Shown: piece by piece, positions 44,579 to 54,426 of the stretch | Position numbering within the stretch: position 1 is the first letter of the stretch | Layout: each line of letters opens with the position of its first letter | Origin: Patescibacteria group bacterium | Lineage (GTDB): Bacteria; Patescibacteriota; Patescibacteriia; CAIXNZ01 | Assembly: GCA_028714455.1 (NCBI GenBank) | Contig: JAQTMG010000001.1 | Coordinates: forward strand, 568 to 64,567 | Length of the DNA: 64,000 nt | Reading direction: 5' to 3' | Position numbers and translations under genes: made by a program | The notes under the pieces: model-generated | Told to the model about the DNA's origin: nothing | Database searches by the model: none | Seen by the model: only the letters and a program-made list of their open reading frames with translations

Positions 44579-46933
44579 ATGCTGAATTTAACTGCCAAAT
44601 CCGAAGGTAACAGACCGCCCTTACCTATTGCCGATTTCAGACAAAAAATAATTCGGACCGTTACCGAAAATCAAGTCACGATCATTACGGCCGAGACAGG
44701 CGCCGGCAAAAGCACGCAAGTACCCCAATATCTGTTAAGCCAGGGTCTTTCAGTAATCATCACCCAGCCACGGCGCATAGCCGCACGCACTATTTCCGCC
44801 CGAGTAGCCCAAGAATACGGCTGCGAACTCGGCACGGTCATCGGCTACCGCACCGCCTTTGAGCGACGCGATTCGCCGGAGACCAGATGTCTCTTTTGTA
44901 CTGATGGCCTAGAACTCGTGCGCGAACTCCACTATTCCAGACTGCCCGATGTTCTGATTATTGATGAGGTGCACGAGTGGAATCTCAACATCGAGACGCT
45001 GGCGGCCTGGTCAAAGAAGCAACTGGCTGAAAATCCCGGCTTCAGGGTCGTGATTATGAGCGCGACGCTTGAAGCGAAACGACTCTCGGAATTCTTTAAC
45101 AACGCCCCAGTCATCTCCGTGCCTGGCGTGCTCTACCCGATTGAGGTTAGATTGCCCAAATTTGGCGACCTAATCGGCGAGATAGCCGATCTGGCCGGAG
45201 AAAAACGCAACGTGCTGGTCTTTCTACCCGGCAAGCAAGAAATTCGCAAAATGATCGAGGAGCTCGAGCAGCTGAATCTTGAGGCAATTATTCTGCCCTT
45301 GCACGGCGAATTGGAGCCGGACGAACAGGACAAAGTATTCAAAAAATATCCCTTGCCTAAAATTGTCGTCGCCACTAACGTGGCTCAAACCAGCCTCACT
45401 ATTGAGGACGTCGACGCAGTCGTTGATTCTGGGCTTGAGCGACGTATCGAAACAAGGGACGGCATTGAGGGCCTCTATTTAAGAAGGACTTCCGAAGCCG
45501 ACGATACCCAGAGAAAGGGTCGCGCCGGCCGCTGTCGCCCTGGCATCTACATCAACTGCTACGACGGCCAAGATGAACAGCTTGAATTCCCAAAGGCGGA
45601 AATACAACGCGTCCGACTTGATCAGATGGTTTTGCGTCTGGCCATCATCGGCTTTGACGCAACCGAGCTGGAATTTTTTCACCAGCCGAAAAAAGCCATG
45701 CTGCTTGAAGCCAAAAAGTGTCTACACGCACTAGGTGCGATTGACGCAAACGAGAAAGTAACGCGCATCGGCCGAGAAATGGCTCATCTACCAGTCTCGG
45801 TCAATTTCGCGCGCATGATCATCGAAGCCGTCAACCTGAACGTGGTCGGCCCGGTGATTACCATTGCCGCCTGTCTCGAAGTTGACGGCATCACCGACAG
45901 CAAAAAGTTGGCCCTCTGGCAATCGCTCACCGAAGAAAATGAATCAGATTTACTCGCGCAACTTGATGTCTATAACAAAGCCATCAATTTCAGCGACAAA
46001 GAAGAACTGGCAGCCAGAGGCATTCGCGTGAAATCGTTTTATCGAGCCATAGAGATTCGCAGAAAGCTTTGCGAGACTCTAATTAACATGGCCAGGGGCA
46101 AAAGGATCTTTATTGATTTCAACTCTCCCGGCGACAAGCAAAAAATCTTGAACGCCTGCATCCCTGGACTGGTCGACCACCTCTATCGGATCAACGACTA
46201 TGGCCTGTGCAAAAACGGCGATCAGATAAATAGAGTTCTTAACCGAAATTCAGTGCTTGGCGGAAAAGGGGGCTGGATCGTCGGTCTTCCTCTGGACCTA
46301 GAAACCAGAAACAGGGACGGCATCGTGACCAAAAATCTGGTTACCATGGCCACCCGAGTTGATCCTTCGGTTCTGGCTGACCTGGCTCCGCACCTTTTCA
46401 GCGTCAGAAAGGAGATTTGTCTTTCGCCTTACGGAGGATTTTTGGTAATCGAACACTTAAACTTCGGCTCCCAAGAATTACCGCCAAGGGAAAAGCAAAT
46501 TTTTGACTGGAACGAACTAATAAGAGAACATCTGCCCGCGGACATGACGGCAGAGCAGCTAAAGAACCAATTCATCAGAGAACAACTAGAATCGGAAAAC
46601 TACTTTAGAACACGCCGTTTTGAAGAAAGACCGATTCAAGAAACCTTGGACATAATCAAGCCATTTGAATTTGGCAGGGATCCCACAACCGGCGAAGCGC
46701 TTAAGGCGTTTCCTGGCTTTGCGAGAAAATTCGATTCCGCCGTTTATTATGAATTGAAATATTATTTATCAAAAGAAGAGGCGGACAAATCTACTGCCGA
46801 AGCGCTTGGTTCCGGCAAATGGACCAAAAAGGATAAACGCTGGTGGGAATGTCCGGATGGACACACCACCAGAGCGTCCAAAAACGCCCCCGAAGTCGTC
46901 TGCGATACCTGCAGAGCACGACACAAGATCTAA
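44579..46933 (+). CDS. DEAH-box (HrpA/HrpB-like) ATP-dependent helicase with C-terminal zinc ribbon; GC-rich
   Basis: Walker A TAETGAGKST, DEVHEW, SAT, HA2/OB regions; C-terminal CPDGH...CDTCRARH; start at ATG 44579 with SD ataaggaggaactgATG. Confidence 0.85.
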   Translation: MLNLTAKSEGNRPPLPIADFRQKIIRTVTENQVTIITAETGAGKSTQVPQYLLSQGLSVIITQPRRIAARTISARVAQEYGCELGTVIGYRTAFERRDSPETRCLFCTDGLELVRELHYSRLPDVLIIDEVHEWNLNIETLAAWSKKQLAENPGFRVVIMSATLEAKRLSEFFNNAPVISVPGVLYPIEVRLPKFGDLIGEIADLAGEKRNVLVFLPGKQEIRKMIEELEQLNLEAIILPLHGELEPDEQDKVFKKYPLPKIVVATNVAQTSLTIEDVDAVVDSGLERRIETRDGIEGLYLRRTSEADDTQRKGRAGRCRPGIYINCYDGQDEQLEFPKAEIQRVRLDQMVLRLAIIGFDATELEFFHQPKKAMLLEAKKCLHALGAIDANEKVTRIGREMAHLPVSVNFARMIIEAVNLNVVGPVITIAACLEVDGITDSKKLALWQSLTEENESDLLAQLDVYNKAINFSDKEELAARGIRVKSFYRAIEIRRKLCETLINMARGKRIFIDFNSPGDKQKILNACIPGLVDHLYRINDYGLCKNGDQINRVLNRNSVLGGKGGWIVGLPLDLETRNRDGIVTKNLVTMATRVDPSVLADLAPHLFSVRKEICLSPYGGFLVIEHLNFGSQELPPREKQIFDWNELIREHLPADMTAEQLKNQFIREQLESENYFRTRRFEERPIQETLDIIKPFEFGRDPTTGEALKAFPGFARKFDSAVYYELKYYLSKEEADKSTAEALGSGKWTKKDKRWWECPDGHTTRASKNAPEVVCDTCRARHKI

Positions 46934-46939
46934 AACAAG

Positions 46940-46978
46940 GCCCCACCTGGTTTAAATGACTGGGTGGGGCCTTTTACT
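46940..46978 (+). terminator. Rho-independent terminator
   Basis: ggccccacc-N12-ggtggggcc + T-run. Confidence 0.6.
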
Positions 46979-47065
46979 ATCAATATTGGCCAAATCGCTA
47001 AAATTTTGTTAATATTTCATTTATTTACAAAAGCCTGTCAGTAAAAAGCTGGCAGGCTTTTAATA

Positions 47066-47094
47066 TTGACAATATCGTTAAAATGTGCTATAAT
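47066..47094 (+). promoter_or_regulatory. consensus promoter TTGACA-N17-TATAAT (with TGc extension)
   Basis: Both hexamers perfect. Confidence 0.6.
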
Positions 47095-47123
47095 CGAAGT
47101 TCTAGAATTAATAAATTGAATTT

Positions 47124-47618
47124 ATGACGCTTAACACAATATTAGTAAAATTAGCCAAAATCAGCCAAAAATTTATTGAAAAATCTGTTTTAATCGCACT
47201 TATTTTTGCTATATTATGGCAGTTTGCCCTCCCGAGATTAACATCTTTGGCCGCTTTTAGTCAGGCCGAAGCAGCCAATCAGCAGATTCAGGGCTTAATC
47301 GCCGAGCTAGGCAAACCAAGGGTAGTTACTGTGCCTGTGACGGCTTACAATAGCTTGCCAAACCAGACAGACAGCACCCCGTGTGAAACCGCCAACGGCT
47401 TTGATCTCTGTGAAAATAACAGACAAAACGTCATCGCCGCCAACTTCTTGCCTTTTGGCACAAAAGTCAGATTTCCCGATTACGACCCAAATACCATCTA
47501 TACTGTTCAGGACAGAATGAACGCGCGCTACGCTTATCGCGCCGATATCTGGATGAAGACTAAGGGCGAGGCATTTACCTTTGGCTTTCGCAATCTGAAA
47601 ATGGAAATTTACGAATAA
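47124..47618 (+). CDS. 3D-domain (MltA/YuiC-like) cell-wall protein
   Basis: N-terminal TM; TAYNSLPNQTDSTPCETANGFDL...FGTKVRF...TVQDRM...ADIWM. Confidence 0.7.
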   Translation: MTLNTILVKLAKISQKFIEKSVLIALIFAILWQFALPRLTSLAAFSQAEAANQQIQGLIAELGKPRVVTVPVTAYNSLPNQTDSTPCETANGFDLCENNRQNVIAANFLPFGTKVRFPDYDPNTIYTVQDRMNARYAYRADIWMKTKGEAFTFGFRNLKMEIYE

Positions 47619-47669
47619 AGATAATCACAGGACCGCTCTTTCCGAGGGCGGTTTTGTGTTATAATGTAA

Positions 47670-48185
47670 TTGATGATAAAGATAAATCAAACGGCTCTTG
47701 TCTATCTTTTATCTAAAAATCTTAAAGTTAAAAGACCATTATTTATTTTCGTTGCAATTTACATTGCAATTTTTTGTTGCCCGTTTGTGACTACTCACGC
47801 TGACTACTTTCCGACCTCTGAAAGCGACCTGACCAGGATCCAAAAAGAAGTCTCTTTTTCACTAAAACAAACGCCAGAAATTAAAAAAGTTTTTGTCACG
47901 GCCTATTCCAGCACCGTGGGTGAGACAGACGACACGCCCTGCATTAGCGCTAACGGTTATGATTTATGCAAGCATAATTCTGAAAATGTGGTCGCCTGTA
48001 ATTTCTTGCCCTTTGGCGCTAAAGTCATCTTTCCGCAACTTGATCCAAACAAATATTACACCGTTGTCGACCGCATGCAAAATATATTTGACGACAGAAT
48101 TGATATCTGGAAAAAAACGCATAAAGACGCGGAAAAATTTGGTATCAAATATTTAAAAGTTGAAATTTACAGAGACAATCAATGA
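47670..48185 (+). CDS. 3D-domain protein, tandem paralog
   Basis: VTAYSSTVGETDDTPCISANGYDL...FGAKVIF...TVVDRM...IDIWK. Confidence 0.7.
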   Translation: MMIKINQTALVYLLSKNLKVKRPLFIFVAIYIAIFCCPFVTTHADYFPTSESDLTRIQKEVSFSLKQTPEIKKVFVTAYSSTVGETDDTPCISANGYDLCKHNSENVVACNFLPFGAKVIFPQLDPNKYYTVVDRMQNIFDDRIDIWKKTHKDAEKFGIKYLKVEIYRDNQ

Positions 48186-48925
48186 AACTGCGCTACAAAA
48201 GTAAAGCGTTTTTAAAGGGACTGATTGTTTTTATCGCTGTTTCCTTTTTTATGCTCTCACAGATTGTTTCTGTGATTTTTTATAATAAGCCGGCGCAAAG
48301 CTTACTGGTGGATTTTGTCCTGGCGATAATCGGCTCGATAATCATCGCCGAGATTGTCTTGAATCTGATTGGCAAGAAAGAAAAACAACTGGACAAAGAA
48401 GTTGAGCAACTGATTGACGCCTACCAATACATCGGCAACGTCAATCGTAAGATTGATTCCCTGCTAGAGATGGACATCTCCTATCTGGATCACTCAAAAA
48501 ATCACTCAAAAAATGAAACGGCCATGGATATTTTTCGCCGTCTAGCCTCTTTGCTCTCGCCAGAGTATGGCTGTCTTAATCTCACCGAGCCATTCAATCT
48601 AAAATATTGCATCGGTACAAAAAATAATAATGAGTTGGGCCGACCCGTTGAGATTTTAAAAAACGTTAATGGTTCGACTTTCAAATATAGCGAGAGAACC
48701 GAAGACCAGGAATATTTTAAAGAGCAATTCGGAGATAATGTTTTAAAAAAATATTCCTTTCTGATTAAACCAGTCTACATGCATGACAAAGATATCGGTT
48801 TTATGTTTTTAATTTTTCGCAAAAATCAGCGCCTAGAAGAAAGGGACTTCAATATTATCAAAATCTTCTCCTTCTACATCGCGCTCAACTACACCTTCAA
48901 GCCCGATTTCTCCATGCTTAAATAA
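48182..48925 (+). CDS. hypothetical membrane protein (247 aa)
   Basis: ATGA overlap with upstream gene; two N-terminal TM helices. Confidence 0.55.
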   Translation: MKLRYKSKAFLKGLIVFIAVSFFMLSQIVSVIFYNKPAQSLLVDFVLAIIGSIIIAEIVLNLIGKKEKQLDKEVEQLIDAYQYIGNVNRKIDSLLEMDISYLDHSKNHSKNETAMDIFRRLASLLSPEYGCLNLTEPFNLKYCIGTKNNNELGRPVEILKNVNGSTFKYSERTEDQEYFKEQFGDNVLKKYSFLIKPVYMHDKDIGFMFLIFRKNQRLEERDFNIIKIFSFYIALNYTFKPDFSMLK

Positions 48926-49100
48926 CTTGAATTTTTAAAAAAATTAAGCTAAAATAAAGAAAACTTACCATTGGTAAGTTTTTCTATTGCAACATTGGGT
49001 TCGGCTTGAAAGCCCAGCCTAAGTAAGCATCGCACTGATCGTATTTTTAGCATAATCTAATTTTCACGAAATGAAGCATGAATACATAAACTTGCAACTG

Positions 49101-49133
49101 GGCCACTTAGCCAAGCAGTAAGGCAAGGATCTG
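49101..49133 (+). pseudogene. degenerate 5'-half copy of tRNA-Cys
   Basis: GGCCACTTAGCCAAGCAGTAAGGCAAGGATCTG vs genuine GGCCTGATAGCCAAGTGGTAAGGCGAGGGTCTG 20 nt downstream. Confidence 0.5.
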
Positions 49134-49153
49134 TCTGCCTACGCAATTTCTGC

Positions 49154-49225
49154 GGCCTGATAGCCAAGTGGTAAGGCGAGGGTCTGCAAAACCCTTATTC
49201 GTGGGTTCGATTCCCACTCAGGCCT
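49154..49225 (+). tRNA. tRNA-Cys (anticodon GCA), no CCA
   Basis: Acceptor GGCCTGA/TCAGGCC, anticodon arm AGGGT-CTGCAAA-ACCCT, T-arm GTGGG-TTCGATT-CCCAC. Confidence 0.85.
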
Positions 49226-49344
49226 AATTCAATTCCTTGCCCAGCACCTCTTTGGTGCTAGGCCATAGTGGCCTCAAGAAAGCCCCGCGGTGCGGGGTTT
49301 TTTGATGGTAAATTAACCAAAAAAGTGATAAAATTAAGAAAAAC

Positions 49345-49989
49345 ATGGCTAAAACAAATCCAAACATTACAACCATTTACTTTGTCAGGCACGCCAAAAC
49401 CAATAACCCGCACCGTATCGTTAAGGGCTGGTTGCCTGGCTTTAAATTGACCAGCATAGGCAAAAAAGAAGTCGCCAGGCTGGCTAATTATCTACGGAAT
49501 AAACCCATTAAATATATTTTCTGCAGCCCGCTTCTTCGAGCCAAACAAACCGCGCAAGTCATTCATAAAAGTTTACCGAACGCAAAATTGATTCCAGATA
49601 AGCGACTAATAGAATGGCTGACTGCCTGGCAAGGCAAGACAATCAAACAAGTTCAAGCCGACCCAAAAATGCAGTGGTCAGTATATTATTCTAACCCTTT
49701 AAAATTCTGGACTGGCCAAGGTCAGACGGCCCAACAAATAGTTAAGAATCTGCTTTCATTCACAAAAATGACAATCAAAAAATATCCTAACCAGGAAATC
49801 GTCGCCGTCTCCCACGGCGACCCGATTAAACTGTTGCGCTGTTATTTAGAGACTGGGAAAATAAGTAAAAAATTCGTTGGCTATAAATGCAGCCAACCTT
49901 CAATCACGGCCTTTATTTTTAATAATGGAAAATATAAAAAAACGCTTTACAAAAGTTATATCAAAAATCAACCTTATTTCACCCAATAA
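49345..49989 (+). CDS. histidine phosphatase family protein (phosphoglycerate mutase-like)
   Basis: IYFVRHAKTNN catalytic RHA/G motif, C-terminal SHGDPI. Confidence 0.7.
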   Translation: MAKTNPNITTIYFVRHAKTNNPHRIVKGWLPGFKLTSIGKKEVARLANYLRNKPIKYIFCSPLLRAKQTAQVIHKSLPNAKLIPDKRLIEWLTAWQGKTIKQVQADPKMQWSVYYSNPLKFWTGQGQTAQQIVKNLLSFTKMTIKKYPNQEIVAVSHGDPIKLLRCYLETGKISKKFVGYKCSQPSITAFIFNNGKYKKTLYKSYIKNQPYFTQ

Positions 49990-52757
49990 TGCCAAAAGCT
50001 AAACAAAAATTTATTCTCATTGACGGGAACGCCATTGTTCACCGCGCTTTTCACGCTCTGCCGCCTTTTAAAACTAAGGAAGGCGAATTAGTCAACGCGG
50101 TTTATGGTTTCACCACCATATTTTTAAAAGCCCTGCGCGAAATCAAACCGCAATACGCGGCTGTCACTTTTGATAAGGCTAAAAAAACCTTTCGCAACGA
50201 TTTATATCCCGAGTACAAAGCCACCCGAGTTAAGGCACCGCAGGAACTTTATGATCAGATTCCTAAAATAAAAGAACTGCTCAAACTTTTTAACATACCG
50301 ATTTATGAAATCGAGGGGTTTGAGGCTGACGATGTCATCGGCACCATCAGTCATCTCAAGGGCGTTGACCGGCCAGACATTAAAACCGTAATCGTCACCG
50401 GCGACCTGGACACGCTCCAGCTAGTTGATGACAACACCGAAGTTTTCTCGCTCAAGCGCGGCGTTTCAGACACAATTATCTATGACGAAAAAACCGTTTC
50501 CCAAAGATACGAAGGTTTAAAACCCGACCAACTTATTGATTTTAAAGCGCTCAAGGGCGATCCTTCTGACAATATCCCGGGGGTAAAAGGCATCGGCGAC
50601 AAAACTGCCATCACGCTTCTCAACGAATTTAAGACCCTGGAAAATCTTTACAAAAATATCAACAGCCAAAAAATAACGGAATCTGTCAGAAAAAAATTGA
50701 TTGAACACAAAGATGAGTCCTTTTTGAGTAAAAAATTGGCCACCATTGTACTGGATGTGCCCATCAAATTTGAATTGGAAGACGCAAAAATTAAAAGTTA
50801 TGACAAGCAGGCAGTCATGGAACTTTTTAGAAAGTTTGCTTTCACCAGTTTGATCAATAAATTACCTCCCGAACTCGGGCGACCCGAGGCTGTTATGGTG
50901 AGCTTAGTCGAACCATCAGCCGAGGATAAAATCGTAAAGTTCAATTATCGACTAATAAAAACCGAAGTAGAGCTTGATAAACTAATCGCCGATTTAAATA
51001 AACAAAAAATAATCGCTTTTGACACCGAAACAACGGGATTAGATCCTTTTAGTGTTCAGATTCTGGGCGTTAGCTTTTCCTGGAAGGGTGGCGAGGCTTA
51101 TTACGTACCCGTCGCCGAAATTAAGGGCGAAGGCTTGTTTGAAAATATAAAAATCAAAGAAGACTGGCTTAATAAATTAAAGCCTATTTTAGAAAATCAA
51201 AATATTAAAAAAATCGGCTTTAACGTCAAATACGATTCAGAAGTCATGAGTAATTATGGAATCGAGGCCAAACCTCTATCCTTTGACCCCATGGTCGCTG
51301 ATTATTTATTAAGTCCGGGCATCAGGTCGCACGGCATTGATAATCTCTCCTTCACCGAATTCGGCCATCAAAAAATATCTTTTGACCAGCTCACTGGCGA
51401 AGGCAAAAATAAAATTTCCATTACCCAGGTGCCCCTAGAAAAATTATCTTATTATTCTTGTGAAGACGCTGATTTCGCTTTTCGTCTCTACGAAGTTTTA
51501 GAAAGTAAGCTAAAAAAAGAAAAGCTGGCAGAACTGTTTGAAAAAATAGAAATGCCGCTAATTCCGGTTCTGATTGAAATGGAAAAAAACGGCGTCTTGA
51601 TTGATTCTGCCTATCTCAAAAAATTTGACAAAGAATTAAAAGAGAAAATAAATCAGGTCTCCAAAAAAATCCACAAACTGGCTGGCGATAAATTTAACAT
51701 CTCCTCACCCAGTCAGCTGAAAGAAATTCTGTTCACCAAGCTTCAAATCTCAACCCAGGGCATTGGCCGAACCAAGACTGGCTTTTCCACGGCGGCCGGC
51801 GAATTGGAAAAATTAAAAGGCAGGCACGAAATAATTGATTATATCTCCAAATATCGCGAGCTGACTAAACTGCAAACGACTTACGTTGATTCACTGCCGC
51901 AACTGGTCAATAAAAAAACCGGCCGCGTGCACACCAGTTTTAATCAGACAATTACTGCCACGGGCCGTTTATCTTCTTCAAATCCAAATCTGCAAAATAT
52001 TCCCATCAAAACTAAATTGGGCAACAAAGTGCGCCGCGCTTTTATCGCCGAGAAGGGCAATAAGATTCTCTCGGCCGATTATTCGCAAATCGAATTAAGA
52101 ATCGCGGCCTCCATCTCCGAAGATAAAAATATGATTGACGCTTTTAAACGCGGCGATGACATTCACACCATTACCGCGGCCAAGATAAATGACGTAAAGC
52201 CGGAAGAAGTAACCAAAGAAATGCGCAGCCGCGCCAAGGCCGTTAATTTTGGCGTGCTTTATGGTATGGGCTCGAATGGCCTAGCTCAAAGAACGGGCAT
52301 CTCTCGCGAACGCGCCCAGGATTTTATCGCTAAATATTTTCAGGCCTTTCCCAAAATCAGAGAATATGTAAATGAAACAAAAGATTTTGTTTATAAAAAT
52401 GGCTATGTGGAAACTTTATTTGGTCGCAAGCGCTATTTGCCTGATATTCATTCTGGCGTGCCCAATATCGCGGCCACGGCCGAGCGCATGGCCATCAACA
52501 TGCCTATCCAAGGCACGGCCGCTGACTTGCTTAAACTGGCCATGATAGAAATCCACAAAAAACTTGCAGATGTTTCACCCAGATCAAAATTGATTATTCA
52601 AGTTCACGATGAATTGGTCTTTGAAGTGCCTGAAAAAGAAATAAAAAAAGTCGCCGGCTTTGTCAAAGAGACCATGGAAAGCGTCCATAAATTCAAATGT
52701 CCAATTTTAGCAGAAGTGGAGGTTGGAGACAATTGGGGTGAATTGGAAAAAATATAA
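49989..52757 (+). CDS. polA: DNA polymerase I
   Basis: 5'-3' exonuclease, 3'-5' exonuclease and polymerase domains (motifs A DYSQIELR, B, C QVHDEL). Confidence 0.95.
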   Translation: MPKAKQKFILIDGNAIVHRAFHALPPFKTKEGELVNAVYGFTTIFLKALREIKPQYAAVTFDKAKKTFRNDLYPEYKATRVKAPQELYDQIPKIKELLKLFNIPIYEIEGFEADDVIGTISHLKGVDRPDIKTVIVTGDLDTLQLVDDNTEVFSLKRGVSDTIIYDEKTVSQRYEGLKPDQLIDFKALKGDPSDNIPGVKGIGDKTAITLLNEFKTLENLYKNINSQKITESVRKKLIEHKDESFLSKKLATIVLDVPIKFELEDAKIKSYDKQAVMELFRKFAFTSLINKLPPELGRPEAVMVSLVEPSAEDKIVKFNYRLIKTEVELDKLIADLNKQKIIAFDTETTGLDPFSVQILGVSFSWKGGEAYYVPVAEIKGEGLFENIKIKEDWLNKLKPILENQNIKKIGFNVKYDSEVMSNYGIEAKPLSFDPMVADYLLSPGIRSHGIDNLSFTEFGHQKISFDQLTGEGKNKISITQVPLEKLSYYSCEDADFAFRLYEVLESKLKKEKLAELFEKIEMPLIPVLIEMEKNGVLIDSAYLKKFDKELKEKINQVSKKIHKLAGDKFNISSPSQLKEILFTKLQISTQGIGRTKTGFSTAAGELEKLKGRHEIIDYISKYRELTKLQTTYVDSLPQLVNKKTGRVHTSFNQTITATGRLSSSNPNLQNIPIKTKLGNKVRRAFIAEKGNKILSADYSQIELRIAASISEDKNMIDAFKRGDDIHTITAAKINDVKPEEVTKEMRSRAKAVNFGVLYGMGSNGLAQRTGISRERAQDFIAKYFQAFPKIREYVNETKDFVYKNGYVETLFGRKRYLPDIHSGVPNIAATAERMAINMPIQGTAADLLKLAMIEIHKKLADVSPRSKLIIQVHDELVFEVPEKEIKKVAGFVKETMESVHKFKCPILAEVEVGDNWGELEKI

Positions 52758-52834
52758 TCGAAAAAAGCTGGCTCCGATAAGCCAGTTTTTGATTTGAAAA
52801 ATAAAGGCCCCGTACGTGGTACGGGGCCGTTTGA

Positions 52835-53902
52835 TTATTTATTCAGTTCATCATAAAAAGCTCTCAGCACGAGAACGCCGCCGGAATTGTAATTCAATTC
52901 GCCGGGGCCCGCGAAGCTGGACGGTATTCCTGGCGCGTGCTCTTCCAAAAACCAATCGCGAGCTAAGCCGAACCACAAGCCATAGCCATTGGAAATATTA
53001 TTTGATAAATGGCCATTGGATGGCTTGAACTTTTTCATGTTTTCTGGGTAAAGAACAAGTTCCAAGTGGTTCGATCGCGGCGTGTTCTGCCACACATTCC
53101 TATTGTTCAAAATGTATTTCCAATGATAAGTAGGAATAGCAACCGACCAACAGGCCATATTCTCCTGTTCTTTTCTGCTAAAGTACTTCATGGATTCGTT
53201 CGGCTGACCAGAAAACTTCAACAGAAAATCGCACAAGACAAAATCTTTATGGCTTTCTCCGGCGTAAGGATTATGAAATCCTTCACATAAACAGTGGTAA
53301 CGTCCTGGGTCACCACAAAATCCAGCTGACTGGATCTTTGAAAAATCATTTTCACGTTTAAATAACGACCCGAGAGAATGCCTAACGAGCATTTCCCTAT
53401 CCATCCTGAACCTTCGTCCAGCGAAAGAGGACTCTGATTTTTCTGTCATAAAGCACGGCACAGAAGTAAAAACATCTGGCGCATATTCGGCATCCCAGTC
53501 GCAACAATGCGTGTATTCCACAAACCTGAGAAGAAGCAGAGTTTTTTTCGCCTCCATCATGACAAAGGTAAAATGCTTCAAATCAGTTATCGGCTCTTTT
53601 TCGCCAGGCAACGGGATTCCCCTAGTCAGCGATGCCGTGAGTGTTTGCAATGCATAAAGATGTCCATCTCGCTTTAGCTTAGCCATCAGGTTGCCGACAA
53701 TTCTCCAATCAGCGTGATAACCATCAAGATGCCGACAAAAATCACTGGGATTTTCAGACAATTCAACAAAACGCAGGGGTCCCAGATTGGCATTACCCTG
53801 TGTTTTTTCACCTCTTTGCCTTAGCCGCGCAAAGGCTTGATTACCTGCCAGTTTCTTCAAAAGCATCTCGTACTGTTTCCCTTCGGGCAATTGTTCGGTC
53901 AT
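52835..53902 (-). CDS. hypothetical Cys/His/Trp-rich protein (356 aa), GC-rich singleton
   Basis: SD aaaaggaggattaaaATG; flanked by hairpin terminators (52760-52800, 52804-52830); no family recognised. Confidence 0.6.
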   Translation of the reverse strand: MTEQLPEGKQYEMLLKKLAGNQAFARLRQRGEKTQGNANLGPLRFVELSENPSDFCRHLDGYHADWRIVGNLMAKLKRDGHLYALQTLTASLTRGIPLPGEKEPITDLKHFTFVMMEAKKTLLLLRFVEYTHCCDWDAEYAPDVFTSVPCFMTEKSESSFAGRRFRMDREMLVRHSLGSLFKRENDFSKIQSAGFCGDPGRYHCLCEGFHNPYAGESHKDFVLCDFLLKFSGQPNESMKYFSRKEQENMACWSVAIPTYHWKYILNNRNVWQNTPRSNHLELVLYPENMKKFKPSNGHLSNNISNGYGLWFGLARDWFLEEHAPGIPSSFAGPGELNYNSGGVLVLRAFYDELNK

Positions 53903-53963
53903 TTTAATCCTCCTTTTAACCAAACTCTCCGAAGCACATGCTCCAAGGAGCATGCTGTATCAT

Positions 53964-54007
53964 CAGGCAAACCATTTGCCTGAAAATGTTTCCCTGGGGA
54001 AACATTT
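53964..54007. promoter_or_regulatory. two adjacent perfect hairpins/palindromes (CAGGCAAA-cc-ATTTGCCTG; AAATGTTTCCC-tgg-GGAAACATTT) in the leader of the 53902 gene
   Basis: Seen directly; possible operator or attenuator. Confidence 0.3.
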
Positions 54008-54118
54008 AACACATTTTAGTGCTGATACGATTTCAAGGAACTCTAATTTAATAAATTACACTCTATTCTAAATTTTGTCAAGAAAAAAACTGATCAATGA
54101 CCAGTCAAATTAAGTTGC

Positions 54119-54175
54119 GCGGGAAGAAATCCACATTTGTTTTTTCGGGATTCTTCCCGCACGCTTTTTTGTCGA
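54119..54175 (+). terminator. orphan Rho-independent terminator (gcgggaagaat-N22-attcttcccgc + T6)
   Basis: No annotated plus-strand gene upstream; may end an sRNA. Confidence 0.4.
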
Positions 54176-54426
54176 AACCTCCATTCCGACATATTTCAGT
54201 ATAGCATATTTTTATGGTCTTGTCAACACTTTCATTAGTGCTATATTTGAGATAAAATAAAGATACTACTTAAGCGGTTTTTTACATTTTGTGCATATTC
54301 AAACGATATCCTACAAAATTACGAAACCGCTACAAATTTACGAAAAAGTTATTTTGTATATTTTGTAGATTAATTTGAAGTTTCGTTTAGTATTTAAAGA
54401 ACAACGCACCAAGCGCAAATACTCGT

